Assembly: GCA_003971905.1 (NCBI GenBank)
Contig: RSEE01000023.1
Span: 620,001-684,000, forward strand
DNA from: Moniliella sp. 'wahieum'
Lineage: Eukaryota
DNA length: 64,000 nt
Direction of reading: 5' to 3'
In this document: positions 49,901-63,769 of the stretch, one piece after another
Layout of the letters: every line of letters starts with the position of its first letter
How positions within the stretch are numbered: position 1 is the first letter of the stretch
The notes under the pieces: generated by a model
What the model saw: only the letters and a program-made list of their open reading frames with translations
What the model was told of the DNA's origin: nothing
Database searches by the model: none
Translations under genes and position numbers: made by a program

Positions 49901-51879
49901 CGGACCATACCAAACTTTTTGTGACGGATGACAATACGCCGTTGGTCGTAACCGATCGATCTCTGTTTGAGCCAAGAAGGAGGTGTACAGGAGCATGAAG
50001 AACAAAGCGCTCGTACGAGGGAAGAACCTTCTGTCGTAGGGGACAAGTTGTAAAGCACGCTCCCATATAAAAGACCTTGGGCAAACATGACGGTCAGGAC
50101 GACGAAGTGTTGCAATGGGTTTCCAAATTGAATGAGGAAGCGGCGGTAGAGGCACATGCGCAGTTGCTGGATCCAGGTCGTAGCATAACTTGAACCTTGG
50201 CTTGCTCCCGCCGCCTTGCGGCGATTGAGATTGTGGGCCAGCTCTGTAGCCAAAGCCCCTCTCCTTGTCCGTTTGGTTCGTTGTGTTCTAGTTCAGCCAT
50301 GGCCGCATCTATCTCCTTGGACAATTGCTGCCCCAGTTTGCTTGAGCGCCAATGGATTTCCATGTCGGAAGCTTTGAGAGGAGCAGTGTCTTTATACCCC
50401 TCATCGATGTTGCGTGCTGCTGGGTCTGTCACAGAGACAAGAAAGTCCGCGCAGTTTTGGTGCGGGATTTGGCGGTAGCCCATATCGGTAAAATACTCGA
50501 CAGCTCGATCGGTGGGACCCAAGTAAACCACTCGTCCTTGGTTCAAGAGACAGACTCGGTCAAACTGGGTAAAGATAGGGTCCCCTGCTTGGTACATAGC
50601 CGCCGCAATGGAGGCATTGGATGCACGGGCAGCCGTCTTGAGAGAATGGTCACTTGGGTTGCCGTGCAACTGTCAAGTCCATCCGTTGGCTGATCCAATA
50701 GCAAAACCCGGGCTGCCAGAGCCATGCCCTCATAAACGCTCACTCGTTTCTTCTCTCCGCCGGAGATTCCACGGATTACTGCATTGCCAATCTTGGTATT
50801 GTAAATGTGCTTGAGTCGCAGGGCTGAGGCAAGGGCATGGCGAGTGTCGACACATAATTCGCCCGCGTGTTCTTCTGCACACCAGAGGCAAGGCGGATTT
50901 GTTTGGAAGGGGCCCTAGTTGCATTAGTAAAATCCATCGTCTGGCACAGTCAGCGTAGGAAAGTGCACGTCTTCCTCTGCCAGGTAAATCACTTCTCCGC
51001 GCTGAAGAAAGAAGAGAGAAAGAGAGGAACATTTTGTGTCAGATTGCTGTGCTCTCCTGCAAGATCAATTGGGGGCACGTACAAAAGGCCCGTCAATGTC
51101 GTCGGTGGTGAAATGAGAATACGCACATCGCCAGTGACGGATTGGAAGCTCTCGCGGTAGTTCGCAAGCGACTTGAGCAAAGTGGAACATCCGCTTCCTG
51201 GGCGGCCAAGGACAAGAAGCATCTCGCCTGGATGCATGATTCCAGAAGAAGGGTGAAGGATGTTCTTGACCGACGGGGACGCCGTGATGTTTCCCAACAG
51301 TTGGAGTGGAGACAGAAGGAGAGAGAGCATATTCTTGCCGTACTTGGTGCTGGGATAGAGCCTTGCACTGCCAGATCGCACCAAATGACTGGCAGGGGTG
51401 AGTTGCGGGTGCCATGAGTCGCCTGACGCATCACGTCCGCCACCTGGTCGGGCGGAATGCCTTCTCGTCTGCGCCCTCGCACCTTCGGTCAAGGTAACGG
51501 TAGTCGATGAGGCGCTGCAAGCTGAAACGGGGCAGAGAGTATAGCTAGACCCTGGGTCAAAGAGAGTCGGCGGGTAGGTGTCGGCATACAGGCTAGATAC
51601 AGGCGGTGGGGAGGGGTGCAAGCCATGGGAGGGGGGCAGGGTGAGTGTGGTGGCATGGCTATTTCGCACGCATTGAGGTGGGACAAGGAGGTGTGATGCT
51701 GGTGGAGGCGGTGGGGGGGTAGGAGTGGTAATTCTGCTCTTCCTTGTCGGCATGCTTGGGCCAGGCGACGGGTGGCTCTCGAGGGGGGGTGAGGGACTGC
51801 GGGGTGGTACTGCGAAAGGAGGGGTCTGCCAGCGACGCAAAGAGGGGGAGGGGATGATGGGGTGGCGTGAGTCGGACAT
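46938..51879 (-). CDS. Full-size PDR-type (ABCG) ABC transporter
   Basis: NBD1 [30 protein letters not shown] and [11 protein letters not shown], then TMD1. NBD2 [46 protein letters not shown] and CTIHQPS, then TMD2. Several introns and frameshifts. Confidence 0.95.
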
Positions 51880-52462
51880 GGCGGGGGCGGGCGGAGGGAG
51901 GGTGGGAGGGAGGGCGGATAGAAGAGGGGGGTGGATGCCGCCCAGCAGCATGGGGCGCATCGGCACGGCGTTTATAAGGCGAGGGACGAGGGTGGATGCG
52001 TGTGGTGCACCTGGCCTGCTGGGGTAAGCGCTAGCCCGGTAGGCATGCACTCCCAGCCTGCATCCCCCGACTGCATGCAAGCCAACTCACCCGCTGCCCA
52101 GCACACCGCAGCGCCGCAGACCGAAAGCCAATGGCAACGCACCCAACAGCAGGGGGCTGCCCCCCCCACCCGCTGTATCCCACCGCACCCACCGCGAGAT
52201 CGCCGCCCCCCTACAGACTGCCCCGACGCCTGGCCACGCGCACACTCCCCAGCAGCACGCCTCTCCGCCTCTCGCCTCCGCCTCGCCCTCCTCCTTGCTT
52301 GCTTCGGCTACATATGCGGCCCGGCGCCGCAGCACTCTCGGCTCTGGGCAAAATGGATGTTTGGTGCGCCCCAGTCCCTCTGGGGTTGTCGATCTGCGCT
52401 TGCGCTTGCTCTGAGATGCATCCCCTGCCACGCCAGGGGGAAACTGCACTGACCCCTTGCGG

Positions 52463-53151
52463 CTACGATGCGTACGTGCTGCCTTCGGCCGGCTGCGGCA
52501 GCTTGCGGTTGGCTGGCAGTGCCATCTCCCTGCCAGCAAGCACAACAACAACAGTCAGTCACCTGCCCAGCAAGCAGCCAGGGCACACAGCACGTACTTG
52601 CGCAGTTCACTCAGCACCGTCTCAATCGTGTAGTCTCTCCGCCACGACGACAGCACATTCACGCTCGTCGGGTCCACTGCCCGCCCCAGCTGCGTCAGTC
52701 ACGCTCCTCCCCAGCTAGCATCCGGGGCCACATACCTTTCCATTCGTCGAGCTGATGCCAGGAAGGTGATCTTGGTCAGGAAGGCAACCGTTGGCGGCTC
52801 GTCCGGTAGTTGGGGCCACAATGGATCGTAAGCGAGTAGATCCGGTTCTGGTGGACGAGTGCGGCGGGCCAATGATCGTACCGTTCCAGTTGGACATGAG
52901 CATGTCCGCACCATCATCCAGCCCATAGCTCAGCGTTCCATCTCCCAACCCTTCTCACCCTTCTCCAATTCCTCCAGAAGACGAAAGTTGCGCGGGACTG
53001 GCCAGGGGAAACCAACAGTCCAGGGGCAAAGGCATGGTCAGACAGCAAAGTTCAAAAGGAGACGAGTGGCCGTTGCCACGTGGAGAGGGTTTCTCCTCAT
53101 AGCCCATCAGCGGCAAGGGTGTGAATATTGAATGGACATACCCTTGGCCAT
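52463..53151 (-). CDS. MMS2: Ubiquitin-conjugating enzyme variant Mms2/Uev1
   Basis: Spliced product MAKVPRNFRLLEELEKGEK..SYGLDD..WNGTIIGPPH..WRRDYTIETVLSELRKEMALPANRKLPQPAEGSTY. Introns at 53141-52998, 52735-~52678 and 52597-52530. Confidence 0.95.
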
Positions 53152-53717
53152 GTCAATCAGGTGAAGGCAGCGATGGTGGTGGTGGTGGCGGCGGCGGTGT
53201 CGAGGCGCAACCGCTATGCGCGCAGGCTGATGGCCTGGCTTTGCTGCTGGGCGTACGAGGGTGATGACGTGAGATGCATGCCACTTATCGCGGGCACGCA
53301 TCATGCATTACGTGGCGTGTGATTGCCACCACCTCGAGCTCCTGGAGGCGCCACGGGACTGCGAATTCGAGGGGGTGAAATGTTGACTACTGCGCCGCAC
53401 TTTAACGGCATAACCCTACTGTAATTAAACCAGTTGACCGCCCGCTTCTCGGCATCGAGTACGGACATTACTCACGATCTGGTTTGGCTGCGTGGACCGT
53501 ACCCAGACCCCCCCCTAACACCCGATGAGGAACATGGCTTTACTTGAAGACACTATAGCTGGAAGCTCCATCACGCTGCGGGACTATAATACCCCGGGGT
53601 TACACACATTCGCGTTTCTGCGTTTCGAGGCGTGCGACGACAGAGCGCGAACATACATGCGATCGATCTTGTATACAGAGACATGACGTGCACGATGCGC
53701 GACAGATGCTTGTGAGT

Positions 53718-55245
53718 TCAGTTGGGTGCAAGGCTCACCTCCAGGAGCTCCACCACGCCATCGCGTTCGGGCAGATGTGCGGTGGGGAAGCAAGGGTAGT
53801 CGATCCTCGTCTCGTCGTTGTGGCCTTCGACCCATTGTGCGGGCACAGAAAGGGCAGCGTACCTGCTCAGCTCGACCGAACGGAACACCAATCCATTTTC
53901 AGTTAGTGGTCCAGGAAGCGGCCGTAGGTAGTCTCGTTGCGCTGGGTACTTCCAACCAGGGCTACGGGCGGTGGCGCGCCCGCCTCCCCTGCCCCCGCTT
54001 GCAACGCAGCTCGAATGGACTTGGCCAGGGCAGGTATGAGAGCTGGGTCAAATACGACATCAGCTGCAAGAATGAGCGTGGGACGAAAGGCGGCAAGGAG
54101 CTGGAGCCCCGGCGAGGCAGCCGAATCCTCGGGCTCGGGGGGCTGTCACTAGGATCCTCCAGCTCCGATCGCCAGCGTGGCGGGGCGGCATGGCGTCCCA
54201 GAAATCAAACGATTCAATTTGCATCTCACACGGGCGGAGCGAGTTGATTCGTCTTGTCTCGGCCAGGCGGGTGAGCACATTGGATGCAACGTCGGTGGCG
54301 AGGACTTGGCCCCCACCTGCTCGCTGCAGTACTTGGGCACACAGGGCAGCCAAAAACCCAGCCCCGGCACCCAACTCAAGCACCCGGCTGTGCTGTCGCA
54401 GAAGCGTGTCCTGGTGCGCTAGGAGGTGCGAACCCAAGCGGATGCTGGCCTCCCATGTTTGTAGCCCGGTCGTGCCTTCCGACACAAACGCAGATTCTTC
54501 CGGCACGGTCACGCCGCCCCACCCTTGGAACAGATCACACCCATCATTTAGCGCAGCACCTGGACCCGGAAGGAGCGGGTATAGGTAGCGGGCAAAGAAG
54601 GTTCCGGCCCCACCTTGGCCTTCCAGCGCATGGGGGGCCGGTTGGTTATCAGGCACGTTGAGCCGAGAGCGACCGCTGCTAGCGGGTGGTCGGCGGAGTG
54701 CGAGGGTTGAACAAAGGGGAAAAACGGGTAAGAAAAAGGGCGGAAGGCAGGTCAAGTAATGCACACGTACGGGGCAATGGGAGGTACGCAATCGCTCAGC
54801 ATTACGTATACCGCTCGAGGATGCCCTCGGGCATCTCCTTGATTTGGATCAACACAGAGGGCAGAGGGCAGAGGGCAGAGGGCGCTCACTGGTCAGCGGA
54901 AACACGAGAAAAACACGACAATGCAACGGCACACCAAAATCTTCGGCTCCAGGCACGTTTGGCGCTGCGCTTGATCGATAGCAGATTGCAGACGGGCCAT
55001 GAGCTGCTTGAAGAAGAAACTCTTGCGGTACTGATAGGGCGGGACGGGGCAGACAAGGGACGCGTCTGCTTGAGACGATGGCCCAAATAGGTCTTGCTCC
55101 AGCACCGGCAACAGCTGGACCAGCGCCTCGGCCGACGGCCACAGGAAGAGCGGCGGCGCAGCGGCAGGGACTGCTGGTACTGGAGGCTCAGCGCCTGACG
55201 CACAGGCAGCAGTGCCGGGTCGATACGCATCGCAGAATCGGCCAT
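53718..55245 (-). CDS. EFM3: Protein-lysine N-methyltransferase Efm3/EEF2KMT (FAM86)-like
   Basis: N-terminal PPYQYRKSFFFKQLM. Methyltransferase motifs SEGTTGLQTWEASIRL, VLELGAGAGFL, ILAADVVFDP and TQRNETTY. Confidence 0.85.
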
Positions 55246-55388
55246 GGGTGGTGGTGGTTTGGCAAGGCGCACAGGTTTGCATTTCGTGGGCCTCTGGTGG
55301 ACACGGCGGGCCTCAGGGCCTCAGGCCTCACCCCAGGCCCAGAGGCACTCGCTCGCGGCCGAGGACGCACGCGGGACACTGGGGCGGA

Positions 55389-56110
55389 ATGGGCGGAAGG
55401 CGCACCCATTTGTCTTGCGCTGCCCGCTGCCCCACCTGTGCCTGGCCTGGTTCCACCACCGCCACCTCGCCCGCCACCGATGAACTCGCCCTGGCTGACA
55501 CTGTGTACGTCCCGGGAAAGGAGCTCTGCCGCCCGGGTCAGTGAGGATGAGCGGGAGCAGCTGCAGCAGCTCGAGTACTGGTCAAGTTTGGTGCCGGGGC
55601 GATGGAGAGCTGTCCCGTCAAGTTTGCCATCTGGGCGCGGGGGTTTGGCCTCGGTGCGTTTTTCCAGCTCTTCTCGGCTGCGCTCAGTGCGGAAGACCCA
55701 ATGCGAAGGACCCAACTGTACTCCAAGCCCAGGCCGCTGGCCTGCCCGAACCCAAGTTGAGCACCATGGACCAGACCAAAGAAATGTTCAAAGACACGGG
55801 GCGCCAGATGTGGCGCTCGGGTAAGGGGTTCGCCAAGATTGGCGCGCTCTACTCGGGAATCGAGTGCGTGTGTGGAAGGGTACCGCGCTAAGAACGATAT
55901 TCAAAACTCGATCATTGCTGGTGGCCTCGCAGGCGCCATCCTGGCGCGCAACTCGGGCATCAAGGCCATGGTCGCTGGTGGCGTTGGCTTTGCGCCCTTT
56001 CCAGCGCGATCGATCTCTAGTATGTTCTTCCTGACTTTTTTATTTGCGTTCAAGTTGCTAATCCTACCTCCTTTTTCAGTCTGAGGAGAGAGCCTGCGGA
56101 CGAGCCATGA
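55389..56110 (+). CDS. TIM22: Mitochondrial inner-membrane translocase Tim22
   Basis: [34 protein letters not shown] and [28 protein letters not shown]. Intron at 56020-56079. Last exon LRREPADEP*. Confidence 0.92.
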
Positions 56111-56729
56111 TGCCCGAACAGGACTGGGCCACTTTGGTCACCCTCCCCCCCCCTCGAAAATACGGATTCAAGGGCTCGGTTCATCGGTCCCCCGCGGGGT
56201 TGGCCTTGGTTCCGCTGGACCGGACCGGACCAGTCGGATTCGTGCCCGCATGGAGCAGGATACTGCCAGTGTTAATTTGCCCGTGGTACTCGGGTACGGT
56301 AGGCGCCAGCTCCTGCAGGGCCCCTTTCACCGCCTCTCCCTTAATTGCACTGCTTTGTACCATCTTCTGCTCCACTTATGGGTATCCCTTGGTTGCTTGG
56401 CAGCCCAGCAGTCCCCGGCCCCCATCCATCCCTGCCGGGCCATCGGGGACAATACGATGTGCAATGCCATCCATTACCTGCATCACCTGCATCAACGTTC
56501 AACGTTCCTTTGTGTATGTCCTATGCCCGCGCGCCGGGTACCGCGCTGACGGCCGTAGGAGGCAGTGGAGTGGGAAATCTTGTCAGCTGCCCGCCCCGCT
56601 CACGCAAGGCTCAAAATGCCCAGTCAGACGCACGACAGAACAGATCCCTACCCCGTCCGCCTTCCCAACCCTCGGCGAGACAAGAGGGTCTATCGACTAC
56701 CACTGCCAGCGGCACTGTACTGGACTCAC

Positions 56730-59700
56730 TAGCTCACTGGACTCATGAGTATAGAATAGCCGTGCCCGAGCCCGTGCCCGCGCGGAGGGCACAGTGCAGG
56801 GCGAGGGTAGGTAAGGGCGAAGATAAGGATCGGGTGTGAGCGCTGCAGCGCAAAGGGGAACCGGCGCACGCGCCCTCCCAACCCCGATTCCCCCATCGAC
56901 CCGAGCGAGAGCGAACCATGTGAGCAGCGTGGGTCGGGTGAAATGCAAATAGAGAGATGGACAGGCGGCACGACGCGCCACCCACCGAGCCAGGAAGCTT
57001 GACTGGTGCGGGGTATGAGGTACATAGGCCACTTGCATGGCAGGACACGGCCAACGTACGTCGGCAAGAAGGAGAACGGCGAACGGCGAACGGGACGGAC
57101 AACAAGGCACCGCCGTCCCAGCGTCCCGCCCCCGTCCGCGTCGTAGGCCGCTTAGTGGTCCACGGGCACAGGGGAGAGGGGGGACGGGCGTGTCGGCTCG
57201 TGGCCGACGAGTTCGTGGCCATGGCCGGACTGACCTTGTACCCCCTGCACGGACAAACTCATGTGGCCCATCCCCTCGGGCGGGGCTTTCATCCTGCGAC
57301 CGGGACAGGGACAGAAGCGGCGTCGCGCGCCCCACGGCGACGGCGAAGGCGAAGGCGAAGGTAAAGGCGAAGGCGAGGCCGGCGTCTTGGCCCGACCCAA
57401 GTGCGGCGGCGGGGGCTTGTGCGCACGTAAGCGTGCTCATGCCCTTGGCGCCAAGCGAGCGCGCAGGCTTGCTGGCCTTCTTGGCCTTGCTGCCGCTACC
57501 GGCATCGGACGCGTCGTCGTCCATAGGATGAAACGGTCAGCGCGCATAAAGTGCTCCACTTTCGATGCGCCCCACCGGCCACCGACGGCGCTTGCACTTG
57601 CTTGCGCTTGCGCTTCGTCCCGTTCGGTTCGGCAGCCTCCTCTTTTCGGGCGTACGCGGCGGCTTGGTCACGGCCTCGTCCGAGGCACCTGGACTGGTCC
57701 CAGCAGCTTTGCCCGCCTCGCGATGTCAAACTGCGCCGTACTGGGCGGCTCGGGGGAACGTTGCTTGGCCGTTGCATGTTTCGCCGCCGAGGCGGCAGAA
57801 AAGGACGAGGTGGCAGCGGTCAGGGCCAAGGAAGAAAACGCGCCAAAGGAGCTGGTCTTTTTACGCTTATGCTTCACTGCCGCCCCGGCCTCGGCGTTCT
57901 TCGCCCGTCGAGGGGAAGGCGAGCGCGGGAGCAAGCGTGGAGGTGGAGTGTTGCCCGAGGGCGGCGGGGTACCTCGGCCTTGGTACTGGACCACTGCTAC
58001 GGAAATTGAGTGCATGGCGCATGTTGCTCGAGAAGGACCGAGCGCCATGCGTGCTCCCCGTCTCGTCCGACGCGGCGGCGGCCACGATCGAGTCGGACAC
58101 GGCGCGATCGGTTGCCGTCAGCGCAGTGGGAAGCGGCATGGGACGCGGCGGGGTGGGATCGCCGGGCCACCATGCGAGGGCCGGTGTTTGCGCCGGAAAG
58201 CCATGCGCCAGGACGAATCGGTGGAGCCTGGGTCAAAGTCACCGACTCGTCCGCCGCAGCATCTGGTGTCGCCGCACCACCATGGGAGGAAGCAGTGCCA
58301 CGCGACGTACCCGCCCCCTCGCCCGGGGAAGGGGAGCCAGCGTCATTCGGACCAGTCACCTCGGGCCCAGTGGACGCAATGTCCAGCACACGGATCTTGG
58401 CAGAGGAAGGGTTGCCCAGCAGGGTATATTCGCCCACCGATCTGCGCCGCTGCATCCGTGCTGCTGCCACTGCCGCCGCTGATCCAGCACCGGTGCTCGA
58501 GCCCCCCATGATGCGAGTAAAGCCCGTGCTGGACGATGGCGGTGGGTGGGCCGAGTTGGAGGTAAGGCGGGAGCGACCGATGGCTGCGCGTGCGGTAGCG
58601 CCCAACGCCGAGCGGTCGACGTGGGTGTCGCAACTCCCATGAGAAGTTGGGCAGGAGAGGCGACTCCCAAGTGAACGCCACTCCACTGAAGCTACTGCTG
58701 CCGGCTCCTGTGTTGGCGCCCCAGCCAGGAGCCGAGTGCACCGCCACCGAGCTGGACGACATCATCATGTGCTTGTCAATCGAAGTGCACTGCGCCGGCG
58801 TCGACATCTTGATCAGAATGTCCACTGATAACCCAGGGCTCGGAGCAGTGGCTTGGCCTGGATGGATGGTTGTGCTCCGCTCGGCGGGCGGGCGAGGCAG
58901 GGGTTTGAGGGCCGGGTCAACCACGGGTACGGCGGCGAGCGGCTCGGGTTCAGTTGAAGAGTGGGAGGAGAGAGAGCAGTGTGGAAGAGGGACAGAAAGG
59001 GATCGGGGGGCGGTTGTTTCCTGTCCTTCCTCTCCCCTGGCAGAGGGGATGTGTCGCCTACGGTGGCGGGAGCGGGTTTGGCCCCATGGTCGAGGGGCGC
59101 TGGTCAGAGGAAGGCTACAGGGCCACTCCTTTGGGTTCAGACCCATAGGGTGATCGGGGTCGGCCGCCAGCTCGATCGGCGCTCCAACGTGCTCAGCCAA
59201 AGATCCCGCTCCTTTTGGTTGACGGCCATCACCTCAAAATGATGGTCCTGCACCGAAAGACGGAAACAGCGGGGCGCACGCGACGCGAGCAACTCGTCGC
59301 TGGCGTACGGCCATGTCGTGACGGTCGCTTTCGAGATGGGGAAAAAGTGGCGAACGTCGTAGGCGCCCGACTTGCGTACTTTGGCCATCAGGACAAAGCC
59401 CTCAAACAAGACCAGAGACAGATACTTGTACCGCACCGGCACCTCGGGCGGGGCCAAGGTAGCATGGTGATAATACGTTTGCAAGGGCCCGGCCAGAACC
59501 ACGGGGCCCATCCTACGCAGCAGCTGCTGGGGCAGCATCGGTGGGGCCCCAGCCGTAGAATCAACATCTCTGCCAACAGCTCCCGCTCCCGCCGACGCCC
59601 GGCATCGTCCACTTGCGCCGCCGCATCTTTGACGGCAGCAAGAGCCTCTTCAAGCTTGGAGTGCGCCTCTGGCATCTCCGATGCGTACTTGAGCATCGTG

Positions 59701-62655
59701 GTCAGCACAAGACGATAAAGCATGATGCGCTGGACAGGCTTGACAAAAAAGTCATGGAAGCGCAGCATGGGAGTCGAACGAGAGCCAGTCGTTTGAGAGG
59801 GCGAAGGGGAGGAGGGAGGGGTAGCAGATGCGGCAGGCGCGTGTTGGTTGGGCCAGTCGGCCCGCCTGTCCACCTTCAGGTGCCTTTTTGCTCGGTGCTC
59901 CCGGATCGGAGCTGCGGTTCGAAGGGGGTTCACTCGATTCTTGCGGCTTGGAGTTGCTCCCAGGGCCTGAGTTTGAAGGAGCCGCGACCGAGGAACCTAC
60001 TCCCGAACCCGAGCCAGTCGTGATGGGGGAGTAGCCGAAGCCAACAGACCCACGCTGCCCAAGCTGAGATGGTGGGCTGCATCCTCTTCCTCGGCCGCGG
60101 CTCGAGCCCGGCGCTGCTCGGCAGCCACAGCGCGCTTATGAGCCGCCTCGTACTGCCATCGAATCAGGTCAGAGCAGATGGCCTCGTACGCGGCCCAATC
60201 GCGGGCCGCCGTTCGGCTTCGTGGATCAGCTCGAGCGCTTCGGCATGGCGAGCACAGTAGTACTGGTAGACGGAAAGTTGAGGCGCCTGAGAATCCCAAC
60301 AAAGATCAGTCCCAAGGCCATACCGCAAAAAGGGAAGAAGGAAACATACAATCTTTACCAGCTCTTCAGCAACCTGGATGGTGGCTTGATCAGGCTGGGG
60401 CTCATGGCCAGTTCCAACAGTGTCGCTTGCCACTCACCGGCTCGTCCTCCCCTCCCATGCTGCGGGTACGGCGATGTGCGCCAGGACCCTTGGCGGCCGA
60501 GGAGCGGGATTTCCCGTGGATAGAGCCCTTGGGCTCTCGAATGCCATTGTTGGTTAAAATTCGGTCGAGCTTGACGGAAAGTTGCTGGTGCAAGCGCAAG
60601 AGCGCTTCCGCGTTGCGGCATACCATATCCAGCTTCACGTTCGGTTCGATCATGTCGGCACTGGCACGGAAGTAGGCGAGGCGGGAAGGTTCTCGAAAAA
60701 GACCAAGACAAGGATGGCAAGGTCGTCGGCATAGGTTCGCTCCGTGTCGACGAGCTCGGTGAGCGAAGCGAGCATCTTGAGGACGCCGCTGTTGGTGCGA
60801 CCGCTGTACTCTCTGCTCTTCGTCCAGCTCCCCGTCATGCAGTGCCCCCGTTTGGGCGTGGGCGCACAGGAAGAAAGGCCTCATTTCCCCTGCTCACAGC
60901 AGGAGGTGCAGAAGGAGTACGTGGAGATACGGTGGTCGTAACGAAGGCACCCGTTCAGCTTCTTCTTTCTCCATAGGCGGAGAGGCCGGAAGGGCAGGAG
61001 ATAAAGGTATGGGATCCGTACCTTTTATCGTGGTCGCAGGGGGAGCAGAAGGAGGTGGTGAGTCGAGAAAGGGCATATCAATCTGGGGCAAGCGGCCTTC
61101 CTCTTCCTCTTCATCTTCGTCGGGTACCACCTGAGCCCGTCGCGGACGGGTGTACAAGAACTGGAGTATTTCGAGTCGAGCCAAAGATAGCAGCGGGACC
61201 AGCAGAGAGCGACGCGGCGAGCCGGGCACCCGACCTAGCCAACCCATCGGAATGGCGTAACGAGGAACGACGGGCCAAGTCAGCCGTCGAAGCCGTACTC
61301 GTACTCGAAGTGGCAGTGGCAGTGCTCCCGCGACGTCCTGAGCTGAGCTTGCGACTGAGACTCGCCTTACTCTTCTGACTGAGCTGACGTAGCAAGCTTC
61401 CGCTTGACGAAGGAGGGCGGGAGCCAGAATGAGACTCGTACAGCAAGGAGTCGCTGGAACCAGGTATGTCCATATCCGAGGGAACAAACGAAGGTAGGGC
61501 CTGCCCTTCCCCCCTGTTTTCCCCGCTTCCCAAAGGTACGGGCGAGTCGCTGATCTTAGAGCAAGTCAAAGACTCCCTGTCGGTGGATGACCCAACGGCA
61601 GAGGTGGGAGCCGACGAAGTACTACGGGACGGTACTGATTTTGATGGGGCCGGCGATGGCACCCCCGCATTGTTGAGCAGCGTTGGTGTGGCCAAGGACG
61701 CAGGCAAACGGAGCTGGAAAAGGATTGTCAGCGGACCAGCAAGCAGAAGAAAAAGAGACGAGCAAGCGTGACGCTGGGGGGATGATCGGGGGGGGTGACT
61801 GAGGGGCGTACCTTGCTTGATGCGGGACTCGCGCGGCTGCGCAGCCTGCCGTTTCCCGAGCGCGATCGTGAGGCGCTCTTGCCAATACCCAGGGTGTGGC
61901 GGATGCGGGATGTGGTTTTGCTAGAGGGGGCAAGGGGGCAACGCGGTGTCAACAGGGGAAGAGGGAACCGAACGCTGGTAGGAAGCGACGTCTTTTCCGG
62001 GGAGAGGAGGGGGAGCCATAGCCTCCTGCTTGTGTTGCCCTTTGGCAGCGTCAAGCGAGGGCAGGCTCTTTACTCGCCGCGCAACAACGGTACCCGCCTT
62101 GGTATCGGCTGAGGTTGTGTTGCTACGACAGGGGACAGACTCGGGCGGCTGAGGGCCGGTATGCGGGGGATTGGGTGTGATGGGGAGGCATGGCGGCTCA
62201 GGGATTGCCTCCTGTGGCGTGGGGGGCTTGTCCTGTACCGCATGTGGTTGGGGCTGGGGTGGATGTGGCAGAGAGGTCTTCGGCCGAGATGAAGCGGTCG
62301 CCGTCGGTGAGGGCGCGGACAAGCTGGCGGGCGCGGGGAGGGAGGGGTTGCTGGGGAATGGCCGAGGGCGGGGAGGGGGGAGGGTGCAGCTCCGGCGGCT
62401 GGACGTGTGCCATGTCGGGAGAGGGCGGGGCTGGGAAGATGCCGCTAAGCGCGGGCGAGACGGGGACGCCACGTGGGGGGGCAGGAGGGCGTTGCGCTGG
62501 GTCTGGCGGCGTCGTGGCGCGGGGGGAGGGGGCGGTCGAGGGGAGCGAAGAGAGCGGGGGGGCGCATCGGGGAGGTCGCGGTCGGGCGAGGAGGAGGCGG
62601 GTGCGACGGGTGGGGGAGAGGGGCAGAGGGCGCTGGCCCGCGGCAGGGCTGGCAT
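56730..62655 (-). CDS. Rho guanine nucleotide exchange factor (DH-PH) with long disordered termini; ends approximate
   Basis: DH motifs LTELVDTERTYADDLAILV, YQYYCARHAEALELI and FHDFFVKPVQRIMLYRLVL. PH-like GPVVLAGPL..YKYLSLVLFEGFVLMAKVRK..HFEVMAVNQKERDLW. Confidence 0.85.
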
Positions 62656-63391
62656 GGCAGCGGCGGCTAGCCGGATGTGGTGGAGTGGAGAGGAGTGGAG
62701 TGGAGAGGCGTGGAGAGGAGTGGAGAGAAACAAGGGGGAGAAGCGGTGGAGAAGAGGAGCGGCTGGGCTGAGTGCGCAGCCAAGCGGAGGCAGACAACTG
62801 GGCTGGTTTGGGAGGCTGCTGCGCTCAGCCCCCCACAGCATCCACGCATCAGCGCATCCAGCCTCACCCTCACCCGTCCCAGCCTCCACCCGCCGCCGGA
62901 GTGCCGCAGCCCACCCACACTGCCCCTGCGCCCTCCTATTCACCCCGATCACGTGTTGCGCGGGGGCGCACCATCCATCCCCGCCATTTCCATCGCCATC
63001 GCCACTGCCACCCATCCCCATCCCGCTCCCTCCCCATCCAGCACACATCATTCACCTGGCATCGCAGCGGGGAAGCTTAGATTCGGCCTGGCGTCGCATG
63101 GCAGCCGCCCTGTGCCCGCCTCGCTCGCGCCGTTTAACGTTTAGGCTGCGTGCGCTGGGCTTGCTATTTCAGCAGCGCCTGTCCCACGTCCTCCCCTCCA
63201 AGCAAAGCCTCACGCGTCCGGCGGCGGGATGACGTCACCACGCATCCCAAGTCGCTGTCGGGAGCGGGTGGGGCGAAGCTTAACCTACACCCGTGCATCA
63301 GCGCAGTGTAGCACACAGCTCCCCCTGCGCCCTCTCGTCCGGCGCATGTGTGCACCCTACCTACCCCTCACCTGTGCAGAACCCACCCGCA

Positions 63392-63530
63392 TCACTCGTC
63401 ACTAGTCACTAGTCACTAGTCACTAATCACGTGTGCATGTGACTTCCACCTCAAGTCGCTAGCTTCACTAGTCCTATCACTAGTCACTTCGATATTATGC
63501 CACTACTGACATCGACTGAGATCTGAGATC
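63392..63530. repeat. Heptad arrays (TCACTAG)n and (TGAGATC)2 upstream of the RhoGEF
   Basis: Directly visible at 63392-63429 and 63517-63530. Confidence 0.8.
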
Positions 63531-63769
63531 CGGGGTAAGTCCATTCACCTTTCCAAGCGCACACTTGGCCCCAACAGACCAGAGAACCAACCGCCTCCAC
63601 TTGTGGCATCCCATTGCTTTCCTTCCTCTCCCACCCCTCCCACCCCCCTATATGCTCTCTCGCACGCCACCCCCCGATTTGGCTGTCCTCCGCCTTTGTC
63701 TCTTCCATACAGGGAGCAGGGCACTGTTGCCATCTACATCTCCCCCAGCCGCCAAAAACGTGGGCCTCC

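Noticed and set aside
36850..51879. DAL2, NmrA-like, MAM3 and PDR as a metabolic gene cluster
   Set aside because: There is no backbone enzyme or shared pathway, and the genes are interspersed with housekeeping TRM10.
53330..53700. Possible telomerase RNA (TAACCCTA at ~53411) or U2 snRNA (CGCTTCTCGGC at ~53443)
   Set aside because: Only 8-11 nt matches. The U2 branch-pairing GTGTAGTA, an Sm site and a pseudoknot were not found.
63230..63237. Perfect CRE site TGACGTCA upstream of the RhoGEF
   Set aside because: A single 8-mer is expected about once by chance in 64 kb.
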